This document shows positions 10,931 to 20,487 of a stretch of 39,452 nt of DNA, piece after piece (positions within the stretch are counted from its first letter, which is position 1; each line of letters begins with the position of its first letter). The notes under the pieces were generated by a model that worked only from the letters and a program-made list of their open reading frames with translations, did not search any database and had not been told where the DNA came from. Origin of the DNA: Acetobacteraceae bacterium. GTDB taxonomy: Bacteria > Bacillota > Sulfobacillia > JAIMBG01. The DNA is taken from positions 1 through 39,452 of the forward strand of contig JAIMBG010000003.1 of assembly GCA_023511555.1 (NCBI GenBank), read 5' to 3'. The position numbers were made by a program, and so were the translations under genes.

Positions 10931-11425
10931 TCAGGGCCCGGTCCGCCCGCAGTCGGCGGCCTCTCCCCTCAGCACCTGCACCGCGTGCGGCAGGGCCGGG
11001 AGCACCGCCTCCAGGCACTCGGCGGCTGCCGCGGGGCTGCCCGGCAGGTTCACGATCAGCGTGCGGCCCCTCACCCCGGCCGTGCCCCGGCTCAGCATGG
11101 CGTGCGGGGTGCGGCGCAGGCCCATCATTCTCATGTGCTCGGCGATGCCCGGCACCTGGCGGTGGGCCACGCGCAGGGTGGCCTCGGGCGTGACGTCGCG
11201 CGGGCCCAGGCCCGTTCCTCCCGTGGTCACCACCATGTCTACCCTGAGCTCGTCTGCCAGCTCCACCAGCCTCTCCGCGATGCTCTCCAGGTCGTCCGGC
11301 AGCACCTCACAGCAGACCACTTCGGCCCCGGCGTCCTCCAGCATCTTCCTTACCATCGGACCGCTCCGATCCTCCCGCTCCCCCCGGGCGGCCCGATCAC
11401 TGGCCACCACCACTGCCACCCTCAC
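10931..11425 (-). CDS. moaB: Molybdopterin adenylyltransferase MoaB/MogA
   Basis: VASDR...REDRSGP, LPDD, TTGGTGLGPRDVTPEAT, AMLSRGTAG and IVNLPGSP. Confidence 0.93.
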   Translation of the reverse strand: MRVAVVVASDRAARGEREDRSGPMVRKMLEDAGAEVVCCEVLPDDLESIAERLVELADELRVDMVVTTGGTGLGPRDVTPEATLRVAHRQVPGIAEHMRMMGLRRTPHAMLSRGTAGVRGRTLIVNLPGSPAAAAECLEAVLPALPHAVQVLRGEAADCGRTGP

Positions 11426-12027
11426 GTCTCTCCCCCTCCCCGGCCCCGGCCGACCGTCTCAGCAGAGGCGGGCGGCCATGCCTCCTCGCGGCGGAACTCC
11501 CCCGTCCTCCCGCCGCTCTTCTCCACCAGCCTGATGCCTCCGATCACCAGCCCCCCCTCTACCGCCTTGCACATGTCATACACCGACAACGCGGCGGCCG
11601 CTACGGCCACCAGCGCCTCCATCTCCACCCCGGTGCGGGCCACCGCCCTCACCCTGGCCTGTATGTGAAGCCTTCCCACCGCCCTCTCAGCCCAGAACTC
11701 GACCTCCGCGGCCTGAAGAGGCAGGGGGTGGCAGAGCGGCACTATCTCCCAGGTATGCTTGGCCGCGGCGATGCCGGCCAGCCGCGCCACCGGCAGGGCG
11801 TCGCCCTTGGGCAGGGCCCCGCCCAGCAGCGCCTCCAGCGTGGCGGGCGACATCTGCACCCAGCCCCGTGCCAAGGCCTCGCGTTCCGTCTCAGGCTTGC
11901 AGCTCACGTCCACCATGCGGGCGTCCCCGGCATTCACCGAAGCCGGCCCCTCCTCCCCCCGGGCGGCGGCGATGCGTCGGACCCCAGGGGGTCCCAACCT
12001 GGGACCCGACGCCCCCGCATTCGGCAC
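11422..12027 (-). CDS. moaC: Cyclic pyranopterin monophosphate synthase MoaC
   Basis: ARMVDVS.K, KGDAL.VARLAGIAAAKHT..IVPLCHP, TGVEMEAL, VYDMCKA and LVEKSGG. The true start may lie downstream of 12027. Confidence 0.95.
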   Translation of the reverse strand: MPNAGASGPRLGPPGVRRIAAARGEEGPASVNAGDARMVDVSCKPETEREALARGWVQMSPATLEALLGGALPKGDALPVARLAGIAAAKHTWEIVPLCHPLPLQAAEVEFWAERAVGRLHIQARVRAVARTGVEMEALVAVAAAALSVYDMCKAVEGGLVIGGIRLVEKSGGRTGEFRREEAWPPASAETVGRGRGGGET

Positions 12028-12044
12028 CGTCCCCTGCCCCCTAC

Positions 12045-13052
12045 CTAGCCGCCGATGCGGGCCATGCAGGGTGCTTCGCCGCCGACCCGGCCTTCCCCTC
12101 TCTCCCCCGCAGCAAGCCGGTGAGACCGCGGCTTCAGACTGGCGGCGCGTTCCAGCGCCCGCCTCAGCGCCGGCTCGGGGCAGCCGGAGCGGAGCAGCGG
12201 CCCCAATGGGACTTCGGGCCCCCCAGCCAGACAGGGGCGAAGCGCCCCATCGGCCTGCAGCCGGAGACGATTGCAGGAAGCGCAGAACCCGCGACTCATA
12301 GGGGCGATAAACCCCACGGCGCCCTGGCCGCCCTTGAGCCTCCCATACTCCGCCGGCCCGGCCCCGGCCACCCCGGGGGCAGGCTCAAGCGGTCCCAGCT
12401 CCCGCTCCACAACGGCCCGAACCTGGGCAGTGGGCACCCGCGCCCTGGCCGACCACGGCCCGGCCTCGCCCAGGGGCATGAGCTCGATAAACCTCACATG
12501 GACCGGGGCCTCGAGCGTCAGCGCTGCGAAGCGCGGGACCTCGTCCAGATTGAACCCTCGCACCACCACCACGTTGAGCTTCACCGCTGCGAACCCCGCC
12601 AGGAGCGCCTCATCCAGGCCCCTCAGCACCTGGCCCAGCCGGCCGCCGCGGGTGATGCGGGCGAAGCGGTCGGCGTCGAGCGAGTCCAGGCTGAGGTTGA
12701 GGCGGGCCACCCCGGCCTGGCGCAGGTCGCCGGCCAAGCCGGGAAGCAGGGTGCCGTTGGTGGTCAGCGACAGGTCCGCCAGCCCGGGAAGCCGTGACAG
12801 GAGGCTCAGGAAGTCGAGCAGACCCTGGCGCACCAGCGGCTCGCCGCCCGTCACCCTGACCCGGGTCACGCCCAGCTCCAGGGCGCATTCCACCACCCGC
12901 AGGATCTCCTCATAGGTGAGGATGTCCGAAGGGGGCCGCAGCGCCACGCCCCCGGGGGGCAGGCAGTAGATGCAGCGCAGGTTGCAGCGGTCGGTGACCG
13001 AAAGCCTCAGGTAGTCCAGCCTGCGTCCGTAGCGGTCGATGAGGCCCGGCAA
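12045..13052 (-). CDS. moaA: GTP 3',8-cyclase MoaA (radical SAM)
   Basis: YLRLSVTDRCNLRCIYC, TGGEPL, RFIELMP, FCASCNRLR..DG.LRPCL and C-terminal IGG. Start placed at TTG 13052 after GAGGAGG. Confidence 0.96.
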   Translation of the reverse strand: MPGLIDRYGRRLDYLRLSVTDRCNLRCIYCLPPGGVALRPPSDILTYEEILRVVECALELGVTRVRVTGGEPLVRQGLLDFLSLLSRLPGLADLSLTTNGTLLPGLAGDLRQAGVARLNLSLDSLDADRFARITRGGRLGQVLRGLDEALLAGFAAVKLNVVVVRGFNLDEVPRFAALTLEAPVHVRFIELMPLGEAGPWSARARVPTAQVRAVVERELGPLEPAPGVAGAGPAEYGRLKGGQGAVGFIAPMSRGFCASCNRLRLQADGALRPCLAGGPEVPLGPLLRSGCPEPALRRALERAASLKPRSHRLAAGERGEGRVGGEAPCMARIGG

Positions 13053-13056
13053 GGGC

Positions 13057-14997
13057 TTATGCCTCCTCGTCGCTCCACCGGGTCCGGCCCGTCTCCTCCA
13101 GGCGGTAGCCGCCCAGGGCGGCCACCCGGCCGGCAAACTCCGCGCCCCCAAGCACCCGCAGGAGGGCCTGGGCCGGTTCGGTGCAGTAAAACTCCTCGGG
13201 GACGACCAATTCATAGCGCTCCGTGGCCACCGGCACGAAGTCCAGGCCGAGGGCCAGAGCCGCCGCCCTGAGCCCCAGGCCCACGTCGGCCGAGCCTGCC
13301 TTGATGGCCGCCGCCACCCCGGTGTGGGTGAACTCCTCCCGCCCGTAGCCGGAGATCCCGGCGGGGTCGAGGCCGGCCCGGTGGAGGAGGTGGTCCAGGA
13401 GCACGCGGGTGCCCGAGCCGCGCTGGCGGTTGATGAACCTCACCCCGGGGCGGAGGAGGTCGGACACGGAGGAAATGCCGCGGGGGTTGCCCGGGGGCAC
13501 GATGAACCCCTGCTCCCGGTGGGCCAGGGTGACGAGCGCCGCGCGCCTTCCAGGCCAAAAGCGCCTGAGGTAGGGGAGGTTGAAGTCGCCGCTGGCCTCG
13601 TCCAGGAGGTGCGACCCGGCCAGGTGGGCCTCGCCCCGGGCCAGGGCGGCGATGCCCCCCAGGCTGCCCCAGTTCGCCGTGGCCAGCCTGAGCCCCGCCT
13701 GGCTCCAGGCCAGGTCCGAGAGCACGTCCAGGGCCAGGTCGTGGCTTCCGACCAGCAGTATGGTGCGCTCCAGCTCCGCCCAGGGCAGGAGGAGCTCGAC
13801 CTCGACCTCCTCGCCCTCCCCCAGGCCCTCGCTCTCCGGGCCGACCCGGATCCAGCCGTCCGCCCGGACCAGGCTGGTGGTGGCTCCGGCGCCCCGGCCC
13901 AGGGGGACGGCCACCACCCGGCCCCCCACCCGGGCCACCTTCACCCGCACCAGCTCCTCCACCCCGGCCGTGGACGCGACGGCACGCGCCAAGCGGGCCC
14001 GGACCCGCTCCGGCCCCGAAGAGGGGGCGCCCAGGAGCGCCAGGATGATGGGCTCCACCACCAGGCGGCAGGCCAGGTAGGTGGAGACCGGGTAGCCGGG
14101 AAGGCCCACGATGGGCTTCCCTTGCTGGCTCAATCCCAGGAGGGTGGGCTTTCCCGGACGGATGGCCAGTCCCCGGACGAGCACCCGCCCCAGGGACTGA
14201 ATCACCTCCAGGGTGTGGTCGCCGGAGCCGGCGGACGACCCCCCGCCGATCAGCACCAGGTCCGCCCAGGCCAGGGCTTCGGCCACGGCCGCCCGGATGG
14301 CGGGGACCTGGTCGGGCTGAAGCGGCCAGGCCCGGGGCTCAGCGCCAAGTCCCAGGCAGAACGCGACAACCACCTGGGAGTTGGACTCCACCAGCTCACC
14401 GGGGCCCAGCCCCTGCGCCGCCCGTGAAGGAGGGACGAGCTCGTCGCCGGTGGGGATCACCGCCACCCTGGGCCGGCGCCTCACCTCCAGGGCCTCTACG
14501 CCGCCGGCGAGCAGCGCCCCGAGGTCCTGGGGCCGCACCCGGTGCCCGCTGGGCAGGATGAGGTCGCCCGCCACCATGTCCTCCCCCACCGCCCGGACGT
14601 GCTGGCCGGGGGCTGCGGCTGAGGTGAGGACGGGTTCCTCCGGGGTGCCCAGCACCTCTTCCACCGGGACTACGGCGTCGGCCCCGGGGGGCAGGGGGTC
14701 GCCGGTGTCCACGGGCCAGGCCGACTGTCCCCGCAAGAGCCGCACCGGCGCCCTCTCGGTGGCGCCTGCGGTGGCGGCGGACGCCACCGCCAGCCCGTCC
14801 ATCGCCGCGGCCAGGAAGTGGGGCACGGTGAGCCGGGCCCGCACCGGGACGGCGGTAACGCGGCCCAGCGCCTGGGCCACGGGCACCGTCTCCGCCCCAA
14901 GCGGCAGGGCCGTCCCCGCCCCGGCCATGGCGGACAGCAGGCACTCTAGGGCCTGCGGAACCGGAACCACCTCACGGTACCTCCCGGCCTCAGCCAC
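13057..14997 (-). CDS. moeA: MoeA fused to a C-terminal periplasmic-binding-protein-like (PBP) domain
   Basis: AAMDGLAV, VDTGDPLPPGADAV, IPTGDEL, GGSSAGSGD, IRPGKP and GLPGYPVS, then GSHDL, GSLGG, FINRQRGSGTR and GYGREEFTH. Start placed at GTG 14997 after GAGGGAGG. Confidence 0.92.
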   Translation of the reverse strand: MAEAGRYREVVPVPQALECLLSAMAGAGTALPLGAETVPVAQALGRVTAVPVRARLTVPHFLAAAMDGLAVASAATAGATERAPVRLLRGQSAWPVDTGDPLPPGADAVVPVEEVLGTPEEPVLTSAAAPGQHVRAVGEDMVAGDLILPSGHRVRPQDLGALLAGGVEALEVRRRPRVAVIPTGDELVPPSRAAQGLGPGELVESNSQVVVAFCLGLGAEPRAWPLQPDQVPAIRAAVAEALAWADLVLIGGGSSAGSGDHTLEVIQSLGRVLVRGLAIRPGKPTLLGLSQQGKPIVGLPGYPVSTYLACRLVVEPIILALLGAPSSGPERVRARLARAVASTAGVEELVRVKVARVGGRVVAVPLGRGAGATTSLVRADGWIRVGPESEGLGEGEEVEVELLLPWAELERTILLVGSHDLALDVLSDLAWSQAGLRLATANWGSLGGIAALARGEAHLAGSHLLDEASGDFNLPYLRRFWPGRRAALVTLAHREQGFIVPPGNPRGISSVSDLLRPGVRFINRQRGSGTRVLLDHLLHRAGLDPAGISGYGREEFTHTGVAAAIKAGSADVGLGLRAAALALGLDFVPVATERYELVVPEEFYCTEPAQALLRVLGGAEFAGRVAALGGYRLEETGRTRWSDEEA

Positions 14998-15170
14998 CGA
15001 CCACCCCTCCCTCGGATCCGCTCCCCCGCCCCGCCCGCGGCCGGGCCCGGAGCTGCCCGCCCACGGGGCCGGCGGCCGCCGTCCACCCTCCCGCAGCGCC
15101 GGCGTCCCGGACCGGTCAACCGCCACCACCGGGGGACGCCGGCCCTTCGGCTTGCCCTTGGCCCCGGCCC

Positions 15171-16739
15171 CTACCTGCAGAGCAGAACCTCGGCCTCCTC
15201 TCCGGCCTCCAGCCCCTCCCGGGCCTCGGGCACCCGGGCCAGGCCGTCGGCCCACACCAGGCCGGTGATGAGCGCCGACCCTCCCGGGACGGGGCGGGCC
15301 CACAGCCCCCCGTCCCTCACCTCCAGCCGCACCCTGACGTAGTCCTCCCGGCCCACGGCCGACGGCACCCGCTCCACCAGCCGTGCCCTCACCCAATCCG
15401 CCGGGGCCCAGCCGGGCCAGACCCCGCTCCCGGGCCGCCGGGCGCCGGAGGGCGTGCCGGCCGGCACGGGCCCGTCCCGTGAGCCGGTCAGCCCCGCTTC
15501 GTCAGTGGGGATGGCAACCCCGCAGCCAGCGCGCGCGGCGGCCGCCGCCGGGCCCGCCCGCTCAGTTTCGGCGGCGGCTGGCCTGCCGGGGACCGCCTCC
15601 GCGCCGGTCCCCCCCTCCAGTCCTGCCAGCAGGAGCAGCGCCGGCCGGGCGAACAGTTCGTAGCTCACCAGCGCCGACACGGGGTGGCCGGGCAGGCCCA
15701 CCACCGGGCAGCCCCTGGCCACCGCGAGCACCGTGGGCTTCCCAGGCCGCACCCGGACGCCGTGAACCAGCACGCCGGGGGGGCCCAGGGCGTCAAGCGC
15801 CGAGGCCACCAGGTCGCGCTCCCCCACGGAGCTTCCCCCCGACAGCAGCACCATGTCGGCCTCCAGCGCCTGGGCCAGGCCGGCGCTGAGCTCAGGCCCG
15901 CGGTCGGGGAGCACCCCCAGCCCCCAGGGGATGCCGCCGTCGCGGCGCACGCAGGCGGCGAGCGCGGGCAGGTTGCAGTCCCGGACCCGCCCGGGGCCGG
16001 GGGACTCTTCCGCCGGGACCAGCTCGTCGCCGGTGGAGACCACTGCCACCCGGGGCCGCGCCCAGACGCCCACCCGAACCCGGCCCACCGCCGCCAGCGC
16101 CGCTATGTCGGCGGGCCTGAGCCGCCAGCCCCTGGGCAGAACCATAGCCCCCCGGGCCACGTCCTCCCCCACCGCCACGCAGTTCTCCCCCACCGCCACC
16201 GGCCTCAGCACCGCCAAAACGGAGGACGGCGCGGCGCCGAGGGCCGCGCCCCCGCCCCCGGAAGCCGCGGCCCGAGGCACAAAGCCCCCCGGGCCACCTG
16301 GGGGTGCGGGCCGGCCCTTTCCGGCCCCGCCAGGGGGGCCGCCCGCCCCCAGCACCTCGGCGTGCTCCAGCATGACCACGGCGTCGGAGCCCGGAGGCAG
16401 CATGGAGCCGGTGGCCACGGCCACGGCCTGCCCCGGGCCCACGGAGCCCGCGAACACCTGGGAGACGGACACCTCACCGGCCAGCTCCAGGTAGGCCGGG
16501 AGCGCCTCCGTCGCCCCATAGGTGTCCTGGGCCCGCACGGCGAACCCGTCGACCCGGGAACGGGGGAAGTGGGGCACGTCGACCGGCGAGGTGACGGCCT
16601 CGGCCAGGACCCGCCCCAGGGCTGCGTCCAGGCCCAACTCCTCCACCGCCGGAGGAAGGCCCCGCCGGGCAGCGCCCACTGCCTCCAGGAACAGGGCCCG
16701 CGCCTCGGCCACGCCCGCCAGTCTCCGCCAGCCCCGCAA
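15171..16739 (-). CDS. moeA: Molybdopterin molybdotransferase MoeA (Glp) with Gly/Pro/Ala-rich insertions
   Basis: PHFPRSRVDGFAV, ATGSMLPPGSDAVVMLE, STGDEL, SGGSSVGERD, VRPGKP, GLPGHPVS and GREDYVRV. Start placed at TTG 16739 after GGAGGTG. Confidence 0.93.
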   Translation of the reverse strand: MRGWRRLAGVAEARALFLEAVGAARRGLPPAVEELGLDAALGRVLAEAVTSPVDVPHFPRSRVDGFAVRAQDTYGATEALPAYLELAGEVSVSQVFAGSVGPGQAVAVATGSMLPPGSDAVVMLEHAEVLGAGGPPGGAGKGRPAPPGGPGGFVPRAAASGGGGAALGAAPSSVLAVLRPVAVGENCVAVGEDVARGAMVLPRGWRLRPADIAALAAVGRVRVGVWARPRVAVVSTGDELVPAEESPGPGRVRDCNLPALAACVRRDGGIPWGLGVLPDRGPELSAGLAQALEADMVLLSGGSSVGERDLVASALDALGPPGVLVHGVRVRPGKPTVLAVARGCPVVGLPGHPVSALVSYELFARPALLLLAGLEGGTGAEAVPGRPAAAETERAGPAAAAARAGCGVAIPTDEAGLTGSRDGPVPAGTPSGARRPGSGVWPGWAPADWVRARLVERVPSAVGREDYVRVRLEVRDGGLWARPVPGGSALITGLVWADGLARVPEAREGLEAGEEAEVLLCR

Positions 16740-16919
16740 CTTCAGCACCTCCCCGCCGCCATCAGGGCGCCTGCGGCCCCGACTGCCGCCGGTCAGGGCG
16801 CGGGCGTCGGCGCCGGGGGCCCACGCCGCCGCGGCCGCCGGGCCCGCCCACGACGCGGGTGCGCAGCCGCCCCGCACTCCCCGGCCCTGCTGTCCCGCGA
16901 CGCTGCCCTGCCGCCGCCC

Positions 16920-17150
16920 CTATCCGAAGCAGCCGAGCTGGCAAGCGGTGATCCGAACCCCGGCGCTATCGGCCGCCGCCCCTACCTCGCGAGGGGAGAC
17001 CCCCAGGCGCCGGGCCAGCTCCAGGGCCCGGGCGCAGGGCAGGCGGCCGTCCGCCGCCGCCTCAACCACCGCCGCCACCACCCGGGGGTCAGGATCCCCC
17101 GTCGGGGGCGGCGCCACCCTGTCCTTGCACCTGCCACCCACGCCGGACAC
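16920..17150 (-). CDS. Small Cys-containing protein (about 75 aa) ending CQLGCF
   Basis: C-terminal part of track ORF 16920..18161: DGRLPCARALELARRLGVSPREVGAAADSAGVRITACQLGCFG. GGGGAGGT SD before GTG (17150 or 17141). First gene after the riboswitch. Confidence 0.8.
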   Translation of the reverse strand: MSGVGGRCKDRVAPPPTGDPDPRVVAAVVEAAADGRLPCARALELARRLGVSPREVGAAADSAGVRITACQLGCFG

Positions 17151-17179
17151 ACCTCCCCGCCCCCCGGGCCCCGCCCCCC

Positions 17180-17218
17180 AAAAAGGCGCAGGCACCCGTG
17201 CGGACGAGTGCCGGTGCC
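17180..17218 (-). terminator. Intrinsic terminator, probable riboswitch expression platform
   Basis: GGCACCGGCACTCGT-CCGC-ACGGGTGCCTGCGCC-TTTTT between the aptamer and the first CDS. Confidence 0.7.
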
Positions 17219-17241
17219 ACGCCGGACATAGCCGGCGGCCA

Positions 17242-17410
17242 ACTCCTTTCCAACACGGGAGGTACGGGGGTTTCCCCCGCGCCCCAGACAGGGGCGCTGG
17301 CCGTGCCCTCGGCCGCCCGCCCCCGAAGGGAAGGGACGGGCGGCTCCGGCCCGGGGGCCGTGGGCAGAGCGGCCGGACGCCCCCCGCCTTTAGGCCCCGG
17401 GGCTCGGAGT
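17242..17410 (-). ncRNA. Moco (molybdenum cofactor) riboswitch
   Basis: Minus strand reads ACTCCGAGC...CCTAA...ACGG...GAGGG...GGGG-GAAA-CCCC..CCTCCCG..TTGGAAAGGAGT, with P1 ACTCC/GGAGT. This matches the Moco RNA motif, and it sits upstream of moeA/moaACB. Confidence 0.9.
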
Positions 17411-17447
17411 ATAAGATTGTGGTGAAGCCCGGGTCGACGGTGACCCA

Positions 17448-17474
17448 TTTCGCCGCCCGCGCCCCGAATCCTTC
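17448..17474 (-). promoter_or_regulatory. SigH-like promoter candidate for the riboswitch/Moco operon
   Basis: GAAGGA-N17-GAAA about 40 nt upstream of the aptamer. Confidence 0.45.
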
Positions 17475-17481
17475 CCGTCGG

Positions 17482-17510
17482 GCAGGGAACCGCACGCCGT
17501 CCGTCGAATT
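17482..17510 (+). promoter_or_regulatory. SigH-like promoter candidate for tdk
   Basis: GCAGGG-N18-GAATT, about 45 nt before the ATG. Confidence 0.45.
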
Positions 17511-17555
17511 GCAGCACAGCCTAACTTGCTGGGCGGGGGGAGGTCGAGCGCAGCC

Positions 17556-18167
17556 ATGGCCTTCAAGGGCAGCCTGGTGGTCATCGCGGGCTGCATGTTC
17601 GCCGGAAAGTCGGAGGAGCTCATCCGCCTGGTGAAGCGGGCCGCCATAGCCCGTCAGCGGACCCTGGTGTTCAAGCCCTCCCTGGACGACCGCTACGACC
17701 GCGAGGAGGTGGTGTCCCACGACGGGGTGGGGGTCAAGGCCATCCCCATCGACCCCCACCAGCCCCAGGCCATCCTGGAGCGGGTGGACAGCCTCACCCA
17801 GCCGGTGCAGGTCGTGGCCCTGGACGAGGGCCAGTTCTTTTCCCCCGCCATCCTGGACGTGGTCCAGGACCTGGTGGGACGCGGCGTCCGGGTGATCGTC
17901 GCCGGGCTGGACACCGACTTCGCCGGCCGCCCCTTTGGGCCCATGCCGCAGCTCATGGCGCTCGCCGACGAGGTGATGAAGCTCAAGGCCATCTGCGTAC
18001 GGTGCGGCCAGCCCGCCTTCCACACCCAGCGCCTCATCGACGGCCGCCCCGCCCCCCTGGACTCCCCCCTCATCCTCATCGGCGGCTCCGAAACCTACGA
18101 GGCCCGGTGCCGCGACTGCTGGGAGATGGGGAGCCCGGAGCAGAGGCCCCAGCCGTCCCAAGCCTAG
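17556..18167 (+). CDS. tdk: Thymidine kinase
   Basis: GCMFAGKSEELIR, FKPSLDDRY, VSHDG, ALDEGQFF, AGLDTDFAGRPF, KAICVRCG and IGGSETYEARCRDC. Confidence 0.97.
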   Translation: MAFKGSLVVIAGCMFAGKSEELIRLVKRAAIARQRTLVFKPSLDDRYDREEVVSHDGVGVKAIPIDPHQPQAILERVDSLTQPVQVVALDEGQFFSPAILDVVQDLVGRGVRVIVAGLDTDFAGRPFGPMPQLMALADEVMKLKAICVRCGQPAFHTQRLIDGRPAPLDSPLILIGGSETYEARCRDCWEMGSPEQRPQPSQA

Positions 18168-18245
18168 TAGCCCCCCCCGCCGGGTGGAGCCTCACTGTTG
18201 AGCGCGAAGCAGGACCAGGCGATGAGTTCTGCGAACCCCGCCGCC

Positions 18246-19100
18246 TCACTTCGCGTAGCTGTAGAACCCCCGCCCCGACTTGCGGCCCAGGTAGCCGGCC
18301 TTGACCATCTTCCTCAGCAGCGGGCAGGGCCGGTACTTGGGGTCCCCCAGCCCCTGGTGCAGCACCTCCATGATGGCCAGGCAGGTGTCCAGCCCGATGA
18401 GGTCGGCCAGGGCCAGAGGCCCCATGGGGTGGTTCATCCCCAGCCGCATCACGGTGTCGATGTCCTCGGCCGTCGCCAGGCCCTCCATGAGGCAGTACAC
18501 CGCCTCGTTAATCATGGGCAGGAGCAGCCGGTTGGCCACGAACCCGGGGTAGTCGGCCACGGTCACGGGCGTCTTGCCCATCCTCCTGGCCAGCTCCAGC
18601 ACCGTCCGGTGGGTCTCGTCGGAGGTGGCCAGCCCCCGGATCACCTCAACGAGCTGCATGAGCGGCACGGGGTTCATGAAGTGCATGCCGATGAACCGGT
18701 CCGGCCGCTTGGTGGCCGAAGCCAGGTCGGTGATGGAGAGCGAAGAGGTGTTGGAGGCGAATATGGTGTGGCTTCCCGCCTTGTCCTCCAGGGCGGCGAA
18801 CAGCTTCTTCTTTACCGCCATGTCCTCCACCACCGCCTCGATGACCACGTCCGCCTCCTCCGACTTCCCCAGGTCCAGGGTGGGCGAGATGCGGCCCAGG
18901 GCCTCGTCCTTCTGGGCCGCGGTCAGCTTGCCCTTCTCCACCGCCCGCTCCAGGTTCTTCTGGATGACCCCCAGGCCCTTCTGCACCAGCTCCAGGGTGA
19001 GGTCGTGCAGCCACACCGTGCAGCCGGCCTGGGCGGCGACCTGCGCGATGCCGGACCCCATCTGCCCCGCCCCCACCACAAGCACGCGATTCACTTCCAC
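18246..19100 (-). CDS. hbd: 3-hydroxybutyryl-CoA dehydrogenase
   Basis: [56 protein letters not shown] and [12 protein letters not shown]. Confidence 0.96.
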   Translation of the reverse strand: MEVNRVLVVGAGQMGSGIAQVAAQAGCTVWLHDLTLELVQKGLGVIQKNLERAVEKGKLTAAQKDEALGRISPTLDLGKSEEADVVIEAVVEDMAVKKKLFAALEDKAGSHTIFASNTSSLSITDLASATKRPDRFIGMHFMNPVPLMQLVEVIRGLATSDETHRTVLELARRMGKTPVTVADYPGFVANRLLLPMINEAVYCLMEGLATAEDIDTVMRLGMNHPMGPLALADLIGLDTCLAIMEVLHQGLGDPKYRPCPLLRKMVKAGYLGRKSGRGFYSYAK

Positions 19101-19122
19101 CAGAGATCCCTCCCCGGCCCGC

Positions 19123-20307
19123 CTAGGGCTCGACCCTCACGATGGTGGCCTCGCCCTGGGCCATGCCGCTGCATATCGTAGCCAGCCCCAGGCCCCCGCC
19201 CCGGCGCCGGAGCTCATATATCAGGGTCATGAGGATGCGCGCGCCGCTGGCCCCGATGGGGTGACCCAGGGCCACCGCGCCGCCGTTGACGTTGACCTTC
19301 TCCGGGTCCCACTCCCCCACCTTGATGGCGGTGAGCGCCACGGCAGCGAACGCCTCGTTCACCTCGATGAGGTCCATGTCCTCCGCCTTGAGCCCGGCCC
19401 GCTCTAGCGCCGCCCTGGCGGCCACGGCGGGCACGGTGTTGAGGTAGCGGGGCTGCACCGACGCCTGGCCCTGGGCGACGATGGTCGCCAGGGGCTTTAT
19501 CCCCATGGCCCTGGCCACGTCGGGGTGGAGCAGGACTATCGCCGCCCCCCCGTCGTTGAGGCCCGGCGCGTTGCCCGCGGTCACGGTGCCGTCGGGCTGG
19601 AAGGCCGGCTTGAGCGCCGCCAGCTTCTCCAGGCTGGTGTCGCGGCGGGGGTGCTCGTCGACGGCGAACACCGCCGGCGGGCCCTTGCGCTGGGGGATCT
19701 CCACCGGCGTCGTCTCGTCCTTGAACTTGCCCGAGTCGATGGCGGCGATGGCGCGCTGGTGGCTGCGCAGCGCCCAGCGGTCCTGCTCCTCCCGGGTGAT
19801 GCCGAACTCCTTGGCCACCTCATGGCCCAGCACCCCCATGTGGCAGTCGCAGGCCGGGCACCACAGCCCGTCCTTGACCATGGCGTCCACGAGAGGGGCG
19901 TGGCCCAGCCGGTAGCCCCAGCGGGCCTGCTCCAGGATGTAGGGAGTGCGGCTCATCGACTCCATGCCCCCGGCCACCACGATCCTGGCGTCGCCCGCCC
20001 GGATGAGGGCGTCCCCCAGGTTAACCGCCCGCAGGCTGGAGGCGCACACCTTGTTGATGGTGTCGGACGGGACCTCGGGCGGAAGCCCGGCCTTGAGCCC
20101 CGCCTGCCGCGACGGCACCTGGCCGGCCCCGGCCTGCACCACCATGCCCATGAACAGGTAGTCGATCTTCTCCGGGTCGACCCCGGCCCGTTTTACCGCC
20201 TCGCGGATGGCGATGGCGCCCAGGTTCACCGCCGGCACGTCCTTGAGGCTTCCGCCGTATGTACCGAACGGCGTCCTCACCGCGCTGGCTATCACCGTTT
20301 CCTTCAT
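19123..20307 (-). CDS. thlA: Acetyl-CoA acetyltransferase (thiolase)
   Basis: [59 protein letters not shown] and ATICSG. ATG at 20307. Confidence 0.95.
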   Translation of the reverse strand: MKETVIASAVRTPFGTYGGSLKDVPAVNLGAIAIREAVKRAGVDPEKIDYLFMGMVVQAGAGQVPSRQAGLKAGLPPEVPSDTINKVCASSLRAVNLGDALIRAGDARIVVAGGMESMSRTPYILEQARWGYRLGHAPLVDAMVKDGLWCPACDCHMGVLGHEVAKEFGITREEQDRWALRSHQRAIAAIDSGKFKDETTPVEIPQRKGPPAVFAVDEHPRRDTSLEKLAALKPAFQPDGTVTAGNAPGLNDGGAAIVLLHPDVARAMGIKPLATIVAQGQASVQPRYLNTVPAVAARAALERAGLKAEDMDLIEVNEAFAAVALTAIKVGEWDPEKVNVNGGAVALGHPIGASGARILMTLIYELRRRGGGLGLATICSGMAQGEATIVRVEP

Positions 20308-20487
20308 GACCGGCACTTCTCCTCCCCCGCCACTTGTTTTCAGGTCAGCCGCCTGCAAGCCGGGCTGGCACCGAACCCCGCCGGCGGCCGCCCGGCGACC
20401 GCCGCCGGCCTGGCGACCCCACCGGGTCCAGCCCGGCCGCCGTCCGCGGCCCATGCCCGCCGTTCGGCCGCCGGTCGCGGCCGGCCT

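Noticed and set aside
16982-17242. 86-aa ORF starting right after the riboswitch GGAG
   Set aside because: No SD spacing, it crosses the terminator, and it overlaps the better-supported CQLGCF gene out of frame.
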